Below, one piece after another: positions 48,300-62,172 of a stretch of 64,000 bases of DNA. Made by a program: the position numbers and the translations under genes. The stretch spans positions 38,440,001 to 38,504,000 of the forward strand of contig NC_043014.1 in the NCBI RefSeq assembly GCF_006345805.1, in the 5' to 3' direction. Origin of the DNA: Octopus sinensis. Lineage: Eukaryota. Below the pieces are notes generated by a model. The model saw only the letters and a program-made list of their open reading frames with translations. It did not search any database and had not been told where the DNA came from. Each line of letters begins with the position of its first letter. Positions within the stretch are counted from its first letter, which is position 1.

Positions 48300-48925
48300 C
48301 GTACGGTACAAAAAAACAAAAGTCGGTGCGTGTAGCGGCATGTGTACTGACGTCGCTCCTTGACACATGTGAGACATGAACCCTTCACAAGCACTGTAAT
48401 GATCCAGGAATGCTTCCTCTTGAGATGTCTGAAACGCGTTCTCACTGTTGGCTGGTCCTTGCGGACTCCAGACACAGGGATGTTGATGGAAACAGACGTC
48501 CAGACCATTGAGATGATTGTGCATAAGCATCGATTACGTAGGACCGGACACCTTGTTCGGATGAATGGTCTCGGAGAATTCCTAAGCAGATGCTATATGG
48601 CGAACTTACTTGTAGAAAGCGCTCCCACTGGAAATCAAGACTATGATTTAAGGATTGTGTACAACCCTTGTTGAAGGCGTGTGAGATATAGAAGGTCAAT
48701 TGGGAAAGCAATGCTTGCCATCGCTACAAGTGGAGGAAACGAATAAAGGAAGGAATAGGTATTTTCGAAAAGATAAAAAGCGCATTTTCATGCAGAATTT
48801 AAACGAGCTGCTCGACAATACACCGCCAGTGTAGTGCCTGGAGTAAGCTTGGTCTACAGTATCTGCAGACGTATATGTTTATTAAGAATTGGGTTCATTA
48901 GTTACCAGCGGAGCCACAAGTGTAA
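48300..48925 (+). mobile_element. RTE/BovB-like LINE 3' fragment
   Basis: CFLLRCLKRVL..W and HRLRRTGHLVRM motifs. Confidence 0.75.
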
Positions 48926-49640
48926 AGTGTAAATTTTGTCTGAATGTGTATAATGTAGTTTAATTGATAGAAATAAAGGTTTAACAGACATTTATTGGTA
49001 ACATGTTTCAGAATTAAATGAATATGATAATTAGAAGGAGAAAAAGTTATGATTTATCTTTCCTTATAGGAAATGCATGGTGACCCTACGCGAGAAGATT
49101 GTACCTGTATAGCCCAATGTAACAGTTAGAGTCGTGAAGTTTGCAATTTTCACTTTCGCAGTCAAATTTATTAATTATAAATTCATAAATTTGACTGTAT
49201 TTTCAGTTGTATATAAATGCACTCGCTTCGTTCCACTTGTACGTTTCCGTCACTTTATATTCAACCCCCAGGGTTCACTATAACAAGGCTTCACCGAAAC
49301 CTATCGCTTTCAACTCTAGCTGGAGAAGCGAGTAATCGTAGAAACGTAGGGATGTCTTAAAAGTTTTAACATAAAGCTAACCTATGCCAATTTTCTTTAT
49401 ATGGGCATATCCAACGTTCATTCTTTCAGGTCATCTATATTACATATGCATTGACCATAGCCCCAACAAATTTCTAATGAATTGTAGAGCACTCGCAGTG
49501 AATAAATGAATCGATTAGATTAATTATACTGTGCTTAATTAGGGTCATATGTGTCTACGAACTACATCTACATATATACTTATATATGTAGTATACCTAT
49601 GTGTGCGTGTATGTGTGAGAGAGAGCTTGACTATATTTAG

Positions 49641-49706
<66 letters not shown>

Positions 49707-50425
49707 TTGTGTGGGCTACGCTATGTAGATACAAACTGGATATATACACATCCGCAGACAGACACTTTGCACTCGACAAAGCTAAACATTTGTTTAAGCA
49801 GAGAAGATAGACTTTTTACTTTTACTTCTTCTTCTTCATCACCATCATCTTCATCATCATCATCATCACCATCACAACCACCACCACCACCATCATCATC
49901 ATCCCCAACCACCACCACCAACACCATCATCATCATTATCATCACCACCACCAACATCATCGTCATCATCATCATTACCTATTTCTTTATTACCCACAAG
50001 GGGCTAAACATAGAGGGGACAAACAAGGACATCATCATCATTACCACCACCTCTTTCATCATCATCCCCAACCACCACCACCAACACCATCATCATCATT
50101 ATCATCACCACCACCAACATCATCGTCATCATCATCATTACCTATTTCTTTATTACCCACAAGGGGCTAAACATAGAGAGGACAAACAAGGACATCATCA
50201 TCATTACCACCACCTCCTTCATCATCACCATCACTTTCTTCTTCTTCTTCTTCTTCTTCTTCTTCTTCTTCTTCTTCTTCTTCTTCTTCTTCTCCTCTCC
50301 TCCGCCCTTCTCCACCTTGTCTTTCTTTTTGGTTTTCTCTCATTTCCCTATCGGTATTAGTGTTACATCATATGGCACGAGTAGATTCTTTCCATTAATG
50401 ATACTATTTGATAACAATTAGAATT

Positions 50426-50490
<65 letters not shown>

Positions 50491-50491
<1 letters not shown>

Positions 50492-50790
50492 TTGTGAATA
50501 AAGAGGTTGAAAAAACCACCAAGTACTCCGAATTGAAAGTGGAAATGGCAAGACTGTATGGAATGTGAGAGGGTAATGTAAAAGTGATGCCAGTGGGCTC
50601 AATCTCTTTGAAACTTCAAGATTTCTTAAGGCAACTGGAAATACCATTGTAAGATTGATGTCTTGCAAAAAGCATCCTTATTGGGCACAGCGCATATCTT
50701 AAGGAAAGTATTATCTGTCTGAGGTCCTTGTTGTGACTTAACAGATGACTAAAGACTCCGGTACATTTTTACCTACACTGTGTTACGAAG

Positions 50791-50792
<2 letters not shown>
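50491..50792 (+). mobile_element. R4/Dong family 1, 3' fragment
   Basis: Highly similar to the reverse complement of 13041-13350, same 3' end (TTACGAAGGA); (AAT)n on both sides. Confidence 0.85.
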
Positions 50793-50849
<57 letters not shown>

Positions 50850-52846
50850 GCCACAGAAAGAAGAAAGGCCTCAGTATGGCCTGGATCGACTACAAAAAGA
50901 CGTTTGATAGCATCCCCCACACATGGATCCTCGAAACTCTAGCCATTAACAAAGTAGCACCAACAATTATAAAATTCATAGGGCACTCTATGAATAAATG
51001 GCAAACAGTGCTACAGCTCCAAACAAAAGAGGAACTCATGAAAATCAAAGCCGTCCCCATTAGAAGAGGAATATTCCAGGGAGACACGCTATCTCCACTC
51101 CTTTTCTGCTCGGCACTGTCACCTCTATCTGATATGCTAAATAGAACTGGATGCGGATATAAATGTTACGGCAAAACGATCAGCCACCTTTTATATATGG
51201 ATGACCTAAAACTATACGCTGCAAATGACAAACAGCTGGAAACACTATTAAAGACAGTTCATGGATTTACCAAAGAAATAGATATGAAATTTGGATTAGA
51301 AAAATGCGCGAAAGTAACCCCGAAAAGAGGAAAACTAGTTAAGAGTAGCAACATCACACTAGATAAAAACCAATGAAATAAAAGAATTAGACCAAAGCAA
51401 AACTTACAAATACTTAGGAATCCATGAACTAGATAAGACACAACACACACAAATGAAAGAGAAAATAAAAAAAGAATATTAGAGACGAGTTAGATCAATA
51501 CTAAAAACAGAGCTCAATGCTAAAAACAAGATAATAGGTATCAACACTTTAGCTGTCCCAGTTATAAGTAACAGCTACAATATCCTTAACTGGACACTAA
51601 ATGAACTGACCAAAATAGATAGGAAAACAAGAAAAATAATGACAGGATCTAGGATGCATCACCCAAAATCTGACATAGAAAGACTATATACACAACGTAT
51701 AGAAGGTGGTAGAGGCCTTATACAGCTGGAAAACTACTATAAAATAACCACCATAGGACTGCAAAAATATCTACTTCAGAAGGAAGGAAAACTGATACAA
51801 ATAGCGGCAAAACACGAGCAAAACAAAAAAAAACTGTTCTCAGTATTTAAGGAAGCTGACAAATACAAACAAGAAATCATACCACCTAATAAATATGAAG
51901 AAAAAGATAAAGAAACAACAAAAGCTATAAAACAAATGAAATCCAAACTAAAAATAGAACAGCAACGAACCATGATAAAACGATGGCAAGAAAAGCCCCT
52001 TCATGGTAAATACTGGACTAAACTAAACGCAAAAGAAATAGACAAAGAAAAATCCCAGCAATGGTTGAGAAGCTCAGGACTCAAAGCAGAGACAGAGGGA
52101 TTTTTAATTGCAGCACAAGACCAAAGCCTCCTCACCAGAAATTACCAAAAACATGTAATGAAAAGAAATATTACAAGTAACTGCAGAATATGTGGAGATG
52201 GACAAGAAACAATAAATCATATTATCTCTGGCTGCCCAGTCCTGGCTAAGAAGGAATATATTCACAGACATGACAGAGTTGGAACATACATACACTGGAA
52301 GCTATGCCAACATTATGGAATAACAACAGAAAAAAGATGGTATAGGCACACACCAGAAAAGGTCACAGAAAACGAGAAAGCAACCATACTCTGGGATATG
52401 CCGATACACACAGATAGAGAAATTAAGGCCAACAGACCAGATATAGTTGTCAGAGATCATGAAAAAAAAAAATGCTTTCTAATTGATGTATCAATACCGC
52501 AGATGACAACGTGTCTCTAAAAGAAATGGAGAAACTCTCAAAATACAAAGACCTGGAAATAGAGGTAACCAGAATGTGGAATCTAAAAACAGCAACAATT
52601 CCTATCAGAGTAGGTGCATAGGCATGATAAAAAAATATTCAGACAAATACATAACAAAAACACCAGGAGTTACATACATATATAACATACAGAAAATTGC
52701 ACTACTAGGCACTGCACACATCCTACGCAGAACACTTTCCATACAATAACTATCAGAGCATCACAACAAATCACAGCACATACCTAAGGCACACAGAGCT
52801 GCGCTCGGTAGTGAAGTGAAAGAACGCTATAAAAATAAAACTACTG
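50850..52846 (+). mobile_element. R4/Dong-clade non-LTR retrotransposon (family 2), 5'-truncated, young, frameshifted
   Basis: WIDYKKTFDS, RGIFQGDTLSP, YMDDLKLY; CRICG..ETINHIISGC zinc knuckle; RPDIVV..IDVSIP..EKLSKY restriction-like endonuclease. Confidence 0.95.
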
Positions 52847-52870
52847 AATGATAATAATAATGATAATAAT

Positions 52871-53424
52871 GCCCTGGTGCAGTACCAGGCAGTGGCTCTC
52901 ATGGCTTCTGATCTGAACTGATTGGAAGTGTTATCATGTACATTGTTTTGTCTTGGTATAAAAGATGGGCTACAGCAAATATTCTGCTCAATACCACAGA
53001 TTTGCTTGTCAGTTGTTTGACCTTAACCAGTTGAGCATGTTCCTTAGTGGTTGACGATATGTGCATCTCTGATCATGAGCAGAAGTAGTGGGGGAGCATC
53101 ATAGCCATGTGTTGAGAGGAATTCTTTGGGGTTTGGATAATTCACCCTTGGAAACATGGGTGTTTCGTTCATCATCCTTAAACAAACCTTATTCAGGGAC
53201 CTTTAGAGCGGGATGGGTTACTCGACCAGAAGAAATTTCTAACTGGGCCCCACCTGCAAGGTCATGCGCTGTTTATCTTGATATGAGATCAGCATGTCGC
53301 GCACATATGGTTGTGATGCATGTGTCTGGTGTACCCTTATCAGACGGGTCGTCATGATGGATATACAGGGCTTCGTATATTTTACCCCAGTGTCACTTTG
53401 ATGGCATGCACTGCTCTCTCACTC
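52871..53424 (+). mobile_element. Unclassified non-coding interspersed element bounded by (AAT)n
   Basis: 554 bp between two (AAT)n tracts directly behind the Dong copy; no convincing ORF. Confidence 0.45.
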
Positions 53425-53463
<39 letters not shown>

Positions 53464-53834
53464 CCTTTCTACCATAGGCACAAGGCCTGAAATTTTGTGG
53501 GAAGAGGATAGTCGATTACAGTGATCCCAGTACTTGACTGGTACTTATTTTATTGTCCTAGAAAGTATGAAAGGCAAAGTCGACCTTCGCGGAATTTGAA
53601 CTCAGAACGTAAGGACGGACGAAATGATGCTAAGCATTTTGCTCGGCGTGTTAACGATTCAGCCAAATAATAATGATAATACTTTCACATTTTAACACAA
53701 GGCCAGCAATTTCGAGGGAGTGTATAAATCGATTGCATCGACCCCCAATGATAAACTGGTACTTATTTTATCGACCCGGAAATGATTGACTGATATTTCT
53801 AACATGTCAAGTGACTGCGTAGAGGTCTCTCGTT

Positions 53835-53991
<157 letters not shown>

Positions 53992-54141
53992 GGGGTCACC
54001 TTCCGCAGTAACTTCAACGCTTACTATTACTCTTGGTGCCCACACGCATCTCACACTGACGTGATCGGTGAAGAAACGGAATCGTACACAATCCTCGATT
54101 CTACACCAGCTTATCATCTTCAACACACATCCCCGACTGAA

Positions 54142-54204
<63 letters not shown>

Positions 54205-54244
54205 TAAACACACACACACACACACACACACACCACACACACAC

Positions 54245-54316
<72 letters not shown>

Positions 54317-54531
54317 ATATATATATAGTATGTGAACTCGTCTGTATCACTAGCGATTTTTTTCCCTCTGTCTTCCCTTCTCGGGATCTTTCCTTCTCCT
54401 ATGTTTCCGACGAAGAGCTCCGCTCGAAACGACAAACCCTCCTTCTTCCCTTCTTTCCTGGGCGTCCAATAATACTTTATTTGTTCCACGTCCTTGCGTT
54501 GTTGTCTTTTTGTTTTCTTGTTTGGATTAAC

Positions 54532-54617
<86 letters not shown>

Positions 54618-54819
54618 ACGTATGTGTGTATATACGACAGGCTTCTTTCAGTTTTCATCTACCAAATCCACTCACAAGGCTTTAGTCGGCCCGAAACTAC
54701 AATAGAAGGCACTTCCCCAAGATGCCACGCTGTGGGACTGAACCCGGAACCATGTGATTGAGAAGCAAGCTTCTTACCACACAGCCGCGCAGGCACTTTA
54801 AAAAAAACTAGCTAAACTA

Positions 54820-55135
54820 TTCTTTCCACCTCAGGGTCCATTTCTTGATACGGTGTAGTGCCCTCGACAGCGATGCCAGCAGAGCGTAAGTTCCTGGGCG
54901 GGCCTCCAATGATGGCAAGTCAATGCATGAGGCCAGATGTATATAGGCCACCCCTTCTCTGAAGATTTGCATGAAGCCAAAGCTTCAACATAAGAAAATA
55001 AAAATCCATGCTTGAGAAGCATCGATGACAACTGAAAAACCAAGAAGAGTTGGAAGAGGACGTAACAGCCCAGAGTCGGGAACATTGGAGAAACATCGCC
55101 GATGACCTATGCTATGTCAAGAGCGAAGAGCATAA
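54820..55135 (+). mobile_element. Degenerate RTE-like LINE 3' fragment
   Basis: AQSREHWRNIADDLC terminal motif. Confidence 0.55.
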
Positions 55136-55418
55136 CTATGTAAGTAAATCTATTTTGAAAGACAAAAGAAAACAAAGGTGGAAGGACTGCATATAGTCTC
55201 CCCTTTGTGACATAATTTCATTTACCTCTTGAAGCCATTCAACTTCTTTTTACTTATTTACTTATGCCGTAATGGCTTTTGGAAAAGCATAGTATCCACA
55301 GTCTCAGAGATTCATTCTCCAGTCTACCAAAAAATTGAAAGTCGGACAAAATACCTTGTGGTATTCAGTTACTCCTTTTTACATTCTGATGTCAGATACC
55401 ACCAAGGTAAAATTTTTT

Positions 55419-55844
55419 GATCTTTTCGGTTTGAACGGCAGTTTTTAACATAATTTCTAGGTAACTAAAAAAATTTAAACTTCGTATACTGGTAGAATGT
55501 GTTTATAAAACATCTTTTTCTCTTGGCTTTATTGAGAAAATTCTATAGTTTGTAAGATATTTGTTGTTTTTTTTCTTCAATTTCTGCAATTTCAACCAAT
55601 CAAATACGTCTATTGAGGTAAAAAAAACAACATTCTGTGCTGTATGAATAAGTCCCTCGTTTAAGAAACAGATTGGGTTTATAAACATTTGTGAAGAAAA
55701 AAAATACCCTTCCCCCCACCCTAACCCTAACCTTAACCTAAAAAAAGTATTGAAATGCAATAGATCGATACTAGGGTCATAATTATGGGTGACAATTTCA
55801 TATGACACCGCTAGAAAAAACTGCCGTTCAAACCGAAAAAATCC
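55419..55844. mobile_element. MITE with about 28-bp TIR (second copy 63560-63945)
   Basis: GAT(C/T)TTTTCGGTTTGAACGGCAGTTTTT at both ends in inverted orientation. Confidence 0.8.
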
Positions 55845-56214
55845 AAATTTTTCCTTCCATCCTTCCGAAGCCGATGAAATAAAATACCCGCTCAAAACTG
55901 GTGTTGATCATAATCGACTGTACCTTCCCAGCAAATACACGAGGCCTTGGGCCTATGTAAGAAACCATTAATATAATAATTAGTGATAAAGGCAGCGAGC
56001 TGGCAAAATTGGTAGCACGCTGGGAAAAATGCTTAGCAGTATTTCGTCTGTCTTTACGATCTGAGTTCAAATTCCGCCGTGGGAGAGACTTTGCCTTTTA
56101 TCATTTCGGAGTAGATAAAATAAGTACCAGTTGAATTCTGGGATTCGATGTAATTGACTTACCCACTCTCCTGAAATTACTGGCCTTGTGCCAAAATTTG
56201 AAAACCAATATCAT

Positions 56215-56540
56215 ATAGCGCTAACATGCCCTCCATTGTCAACCAGGAGAATTCATCTACGAAGCAATTGCCCCAGCTCCCCTTCAGGGTTGACGAAAGC
56301 GATGTGGTGGACAACGAAAAACCTGGCTAACGACAGTCAAGGCTGATCTGGAACCCAGCCTAGGCCCCCATATCTACGATGTTCGCCGCTGGAACAAGGA
56401 ATGGTTGGAGATCACGCGGTCGTTAGCCTCAAATCGCCAGGTCTGGTCGGCGTTTGTGAGAGATGCAGCCATCGAGGATGAATGAAGCCAGCTCAACGCA
56501 CCCCGGGGGAATGCTGGAAGAAGAAGAAGAAGAAGAAGAA
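56215..56540 (+). mobile_element. RTE-like LINE 3' fragment with (GAA)n tail
   Basis: GGQRKTWLTTVKADL..LASNRQVWSAFV readable. Confidence 0.7.
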
Positions 56541-57061
56541 GAAGAATGTTTGCTAACGACGTACTGATAAGAAGATAAAACATAACCAAAGTTATTTCCC
56601 CTTTATATTCTAAAACCACTTTTCTCTTTATATTTGACCGTGCAGTACTAATAGTACTAATAGTACAAGCAATACTCGCTCAATCTAAAGAGAACAAGGC
56701 TAAATACGTTATCTATTTTCACTTCAAACCCGCGTGCCGAGTACAGATAATTTCACTAGATTATTATCATAACAACGTATAAATAAAATCCTGAATTGTC
56801 TTAAGTCCTGTTTGTACTAGTAGGGAATGTAACGATAATAATAAGTAAACAGGTAGCACTAAATGTCCTTAAGCGAGCGATTGATGAACATCACTGCACC
56901 TGTTTATTTTTTTTCCACCTCTTACAGATAATTCTGCTGGTCACTGATTGGCTACTACATCTGATGACGTAACAGCAAACAATAAACTTGCATCGACTGG
57001 TTTTTAGTGCGTGAGATCTCTCTCACGTTCACTGCTTTATAATTGTCTCTTTCTTTCTCGA

Positions 57062-57127
<66 letters not shown>

Positions 57128-57562
57128 TGTGTGTGTACGCGCACGCGTCTGTATTTATATCTGTGTCTGCGCATGTAAACAAATTCTTAGGTGACTAAGA
57201 CCTTAATTTGCTTAATTTGTGTTGTGACAGGATATACGTGCGTGTGTGTGTATGTACGAAAATGAAGAAAAGCTACGTTATCTGATCCAAGGGAAATAAC
57301 TCTCATATACACCTAAATTGTTTCAGTTGTGTGTGTGTACGTGTGTGTGAATATGTGTCTGTATATGTTTTGTGATCCACTCTCTCTCTCCCCCCTCTCT
57401 GTTTTCCTCTTTCTCTCTGTCTTCCTCTTTCCTTCTTTCCCTCTCTCTCATATATATCTTTTAGTTTTTACTTGTTTCAATCATTTCCATAGTAACCGTA
57501 CTGCGGCTCCTTGAAGAGTTCAATCGAACGTATACACTTACACGCATTTATACACGTGCGCG

Positions 57563-57611
<49 letters not shown>

Positions 57612-57631
57612 TATATATATACATATATACA

Positions 57632-57686
<55 letters not shown>

Positions 57687-57718
57687 TACAACACACACAC
57701 ACACACACACACACACAC

Positions 57719-57778
<60 letters not shown>

Positions 57779-57928
57779 AGTAGGTGAATGAATTATCCTA
57801 TGTTTATCGTCAGCATGGAAAATTCGTTTAACCGAAACCTGGGTAGCAAATTCACGTCAGAAAACACGGTTGAAGCGACCTGTCAAGGTTTAGAAACTCC
57901 GGGTTCATGTGTAGAAATTTGTGTATTG

Positions 57929-58009
57929 TATATGAATAAATGAAAGAATGGAGTCGAACGAATTTTGTTAACATCTTCGTTCGACTCCATTCTTTCATTT
58001 ATTCATATA
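57929..58009. repeat. Perfect 34-bp inverted repeat with 13-nt loop (two PLE-like ends back to back)
   Basis: TATATGAATAAATGAAAGAATGGAGTCGAACGAA and its exact reverse complement. Confidence 0.92.
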
Positions 58010-58016
58010 TATATAT

Positions 58017-58062
<46 letters not shown>

Positions 58063-58067
58063 TATAT

Positions 58068-58111
<44 letters not shown>

Positions 58112-58226
58112 TAGTGAATGGAAGAAATGGAGTTGAACGAAGATTGTACAGAATTCCTTTATTACATTCTACACATGTTTCAAAGGCCACAATTTTCCAA
58201 ATTCTGATTAAATAAGGATACCATAT

Positions 58227-58299
<73 letters not shown>

Positions 58300-58316
58300 G
58301 TATATATATGTATGTG

Positions 58317-58406
<90 letters not shown>

Positions 58407-58407
58407 T

Positions 58408-58463
<56 letters not shown>

Positions 58464-58655
58464 TGAGTGTATTTTTACCTTGTTAACAATTAACACGGAA
58501 AAAATAAATAAATAGTTACCAGGGTAGCAAAAATCTCACAAGTAAATATGTAACTCCTTGTTTATAAAGGTAGAAACTTCGTGTTTACGTTGAATATTTT
58601 TAATAATATATGAATAAATAAATGGAGTTTAACGCAGGTGTAATCAAATATTTTT

Positions 58656-58741
58656 ACTTTCGACACATGTTTCGAAAATTCCACTGATACGATTCAAAAG
58701 AATAAATAGTATAAACAATGCAATCTTCTCCTCAGGAAAGT
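58656..58741 (-). ncRNA. Minimal type I hammerhead in inverted Penelope-like terminal repeat
   Basis: Same architecture with GAAACATGTGTC (palindromic ACATGT stem III). Confidence 0.82.
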
Positions 58742-60178
58742 GAAAAAAGCGAAACTCATCAATAAGACATTTTAGCAAAAATTGATGGATTTCAGAATAA
58801 TATTGTTTAAAAAAACGTTATATGATATAACGTCATAAGTAGCTAACAGAAAGAGTAGGGATACCAATAGTGAATGTTAAATATAAAGGAAATTAAAGTT
58901 TAAATTATATATAATGATAGAGACTACTTATATGCACTAAATGTATGTTTTTTCCAATGCTTACATCTGTATGCTCGTTCTATAACCGTGTTTACTAGAG
59001 TATTTTTAGAAAAAATAATGAAAAATAAGCTCAGAATTGCAGAGAAGACAGAATTCCTTACCTTTGTCATATGGTATCGAAATTTTCTACATTGATTCTG
59101 CTCAGTCTAATTGTAAATTCAATAATGTAGATAAGATTTCTAGTCGTAAAAGAATTATTGATAACAAACATAACTTACGCACCGATACAAAGCGAATGAA
59201 GGCAGATTACCCTTATTTAATCCCCTATTATCGATCTAAAAGTAAATATAACACCTTCAAAAGTAATTACGCTATGAATACTAGTAAAAATATTTTGTTA
59301 ATAATTCCTTACGGGAGACAAATTAAATTTAATCTCCCACTGCTGTTTCGTCTAGGAATTTTCCAAACAATTCTAGATACTACTCTATTATCAATTCACA
59401 TAAGGTTAGGATAGGTTTTTCAAACACAAAAAATTTCTTGCAAATTATCTCTTCACATAATAACAAACTGTTAAATATTAATACATTTACTAATACTAAC
59501 ATTGATTTAGCTAATACCATCCAACCCTCTAGAAATATTAATAACAAGGTTATTGTATCTGAAGTCAATTCCAATAGAATTAAGTTTATGTCAAGTAACT
59601 CTAAGATTAAAAATTCTATATACCAGTGTATAATCAGTACTCGTAATAAAGTACGATTTTACATTGGAAGCACATCGTTAGAGTTATCTAAAAGAATTTC
59701 TATCCATTACTCAACATTTAGGGATAGAAATAAACGTAATAGTACCGGTCTCAGCAAACTGATTTGGGATTTAAAAGACCCCAATGAACAATTTCATTTA
59801 GAATGGTTGATTCTCTCAATTTCGATACCATATGACAAAGGCAAGGATTTCTGTCTTCTCTGCAATTCTGAGCTATTTTTCATTATTTTTTCTAAAAATA
59901 CTCTAGTAAACACGGTTATAGAACGAGCATACAGATGTAAGCATTGGCAAAAACATACATTTAGTGCATATAAGTAGTCTCTATCATTATATATAATTTA
60001 AACTTTAATTTCCTTTATATTTAACATTCACTATTGGTATCCCTACTCTTTCTGTTAGCTACTTATGACGTTATATCATATAACGTTTTTTTAAACAATA
60101 TTAATAGCGTTCTGTCTATCGCTATACAAATCCATCATTTTTTGCTAAAATGTCTTATTGACGAGTTTCGTTTTTTTC

Positions 60179-60264
60179 ACTTTCCTGAGGAGAAGATTGC
60201 ATTGTTTATACCATTTATTCTTTTGAATCGTATCAGTGGAATTTTCGAAATATGTGTCGAAAGT
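60179..60264 (+). ncRNA. Minimal type I hammerhead in Penelope-like terminal repeat
   Basis: ACTTTC-CTGAGGA-GAAGATT...AATTTTC-GAAA-TATGT-GTC-GAAAGT; stem I ACTTTC/GAAAGT. Confidence 0.8.
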
Positions 60265-60439
60265 AAAAATATTTGATTACACCTGCGTTAAACTCCCTTT
60301 ATTTATTCATATATATATATATCATATGTGACAATTATTCGGTAGTCATGATAAAACTCCGAGTTTCGGATGTCGGGGCGGAAACCCGCACTGGCATCTT
60401 TTCAGTTATCGGGCCGTCAAAAAAGCTCATGAACCGAAG

Positions 60440-60915
60440 CTTATGAAAAAAATAAAATTTCGTAAGTCTTTTAACACTTTTAAACAGAAACTGAAAAAAG
60501 ATATCAAATACATGAAGAGTTCCAAACAAAAAAACGGTAATTTTTCTTTGATAAAACCAAGAACTTATACCTTGTAGAAAACAGCTCATATTCACGACTT
60601 CTACACAACAAGCATCATCAATAATTACACCAAGGCTAGGCCATTAACCTATAACGAAATTAATAAAGAAGCTAGCATTATCGCCGCCAGACTTAAGTTA
60701 GATAGAAAAAAAAAACAGAGGTCCTTCCCCCCAAAAAAGAGGCCTTTATAACTATCAAGGACCATAAAAAGAACTTCCTATCTAATCCTAAATGTAGGCT
60801 TATTAACCCAGTTAAATCAGAACTTGGCATTATTAGTGAAGAAATTTTAGGAAAAATCAATGCGAAAGTCAGGAATGCTACTAGGTTAGCACAATAACCC
60901 AATAGTATGCAGGTA
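60440..60915 (+). pseudogene. Penelope-like reverse transcriptase N-terminal fragment, degenerate
   Basis: AFITIKDHKKNFLSNPKCRLINPVKSELGIIS readable across frameshifts. Confidence 0.8.
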
Positions 60916-61229
60916 AGTATTTCTCAGCACTGATAAATAGACATTTCCCAGTCAACCATAGTTACAGAAAGCTCTTCAATAGACATAGCTTAAAAATCAG
61001 TTTCAGCTCAACTACTAATTTTAAAAATATAATCGCACACAACACACAAAAACCTCAAAAGAAGAGATGCCCGTGCGGTTTTCCGTCCCGACATGCGAAA
61101 CTCGGAGTTTTATCATGGCTACTGAATAATTGTCACATATCATATTTACAGATAAATTTCTCTATTTACATAATATCGAGGTCTCTTTCATTCTTTTGTT
61201 GTCTTACCATTACTATCAATATATATATA

Positions 61230-62172
61230 TATCTCCAGATATCATTCCCCAAACCATGACACTTCCTCCGCCGAATTTAACACTAGTCTTAAGGCATTTA
61301 GGCAACAATTTTTCACCTACTTTTCGACGAACGTACCTTTTCCCATCTGAGCCAAATAGCATAAACTTAGATTCATCACTGAAATGCACCGTTTGCCATT
61401 TTTCTTGAGACCACAACACATGTTCGGTTTCAAAGGTAAGACGACACTTTTTATTCTCGGAGCTGATCAGTGGCTTCACTGCAGGTGCTCTTGTTTGTAG
61501 GCCATGTTCAACTAAACGACGAGACACAGTTTTTTGAGATAAAGTTTTCTTCAGTACAATGCTCATTTCCCGAGAAACAGCAGCAGCAGTTTTAAATATG
61601 TCCTTTTTAACCAACTTTACCATAGCACGATCTTCTCTCTTGTTCGTTTTTCTTGGCCTACCTGTAGACTTTCTTGCTTCACACGAACCACAATCATCGA
61701 AGACCTTAAGAATACCATGAACAACACTTTTTGACTTGTTAACAATCTTTGCAATAGACCCAATACTTAAATTATCCTTCCTTCGAAGCTTAATAATCTA
61801 CTGGCGAATTGGTAACGGAGTCAGTGGCATTATATTAAGAAAGTACACTGCAAATATTCTTACTAATGTTTAGTAAACGAACCGTCACGTAAACAAATTC
61901 AAAACATTAGAGTTCGCCGGTTAAATATACTAAAACACAGAGTAAAAGCAACCGTTCTGATTATTTTGGCCGCCATGGGTTTTGCAGTAAATCACTAAAT
62001 CATCCATAACTTTTGTATTATCCTCTCAAATTACACCAAAATCTCAGGCAATAACAGATAATATCGTATTTATTGTCTGTGAAAATTATAGAATATAAAA
62101 CAACTTTGATAAAAAATTATATCTACTTTTCTGACGAAAACAATGCCGTTCTGAACATTTTGGCCGCAACTG
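61230..62172 (-). mobile_element. Tc1-like transposon 5' half (IR/DR type), truncated at (TA)n
   Basis: Terminus CAGTTGCGGCCAAAA, inner direct repeat near 61952-61978; ATG at 61830 with a stop at codon 11; GRPRK, FSDESKF, KFGGGSVMVWG. Confidence 0.9.

Larger units (their letters stand above)
58607..60313 (+). mobile_element. Penelope-like element: GIY-YIG endonuclease region and terminal repeat, with an inverted 5'-truncated copy
   Basis: ORF 59438..59977 FYIGST..KR..H..F...LSKLIW..CLLC; 58607-59084 is the reverse complement of 59818-60313. Confidence 0.88.

Noticed and set aside
60910-60920. ATACTTACCTG on the minus strand (U1 5' end)
   Set aside because: Only 11 nt with no U1 body; it is just the complement of a consensus donor.
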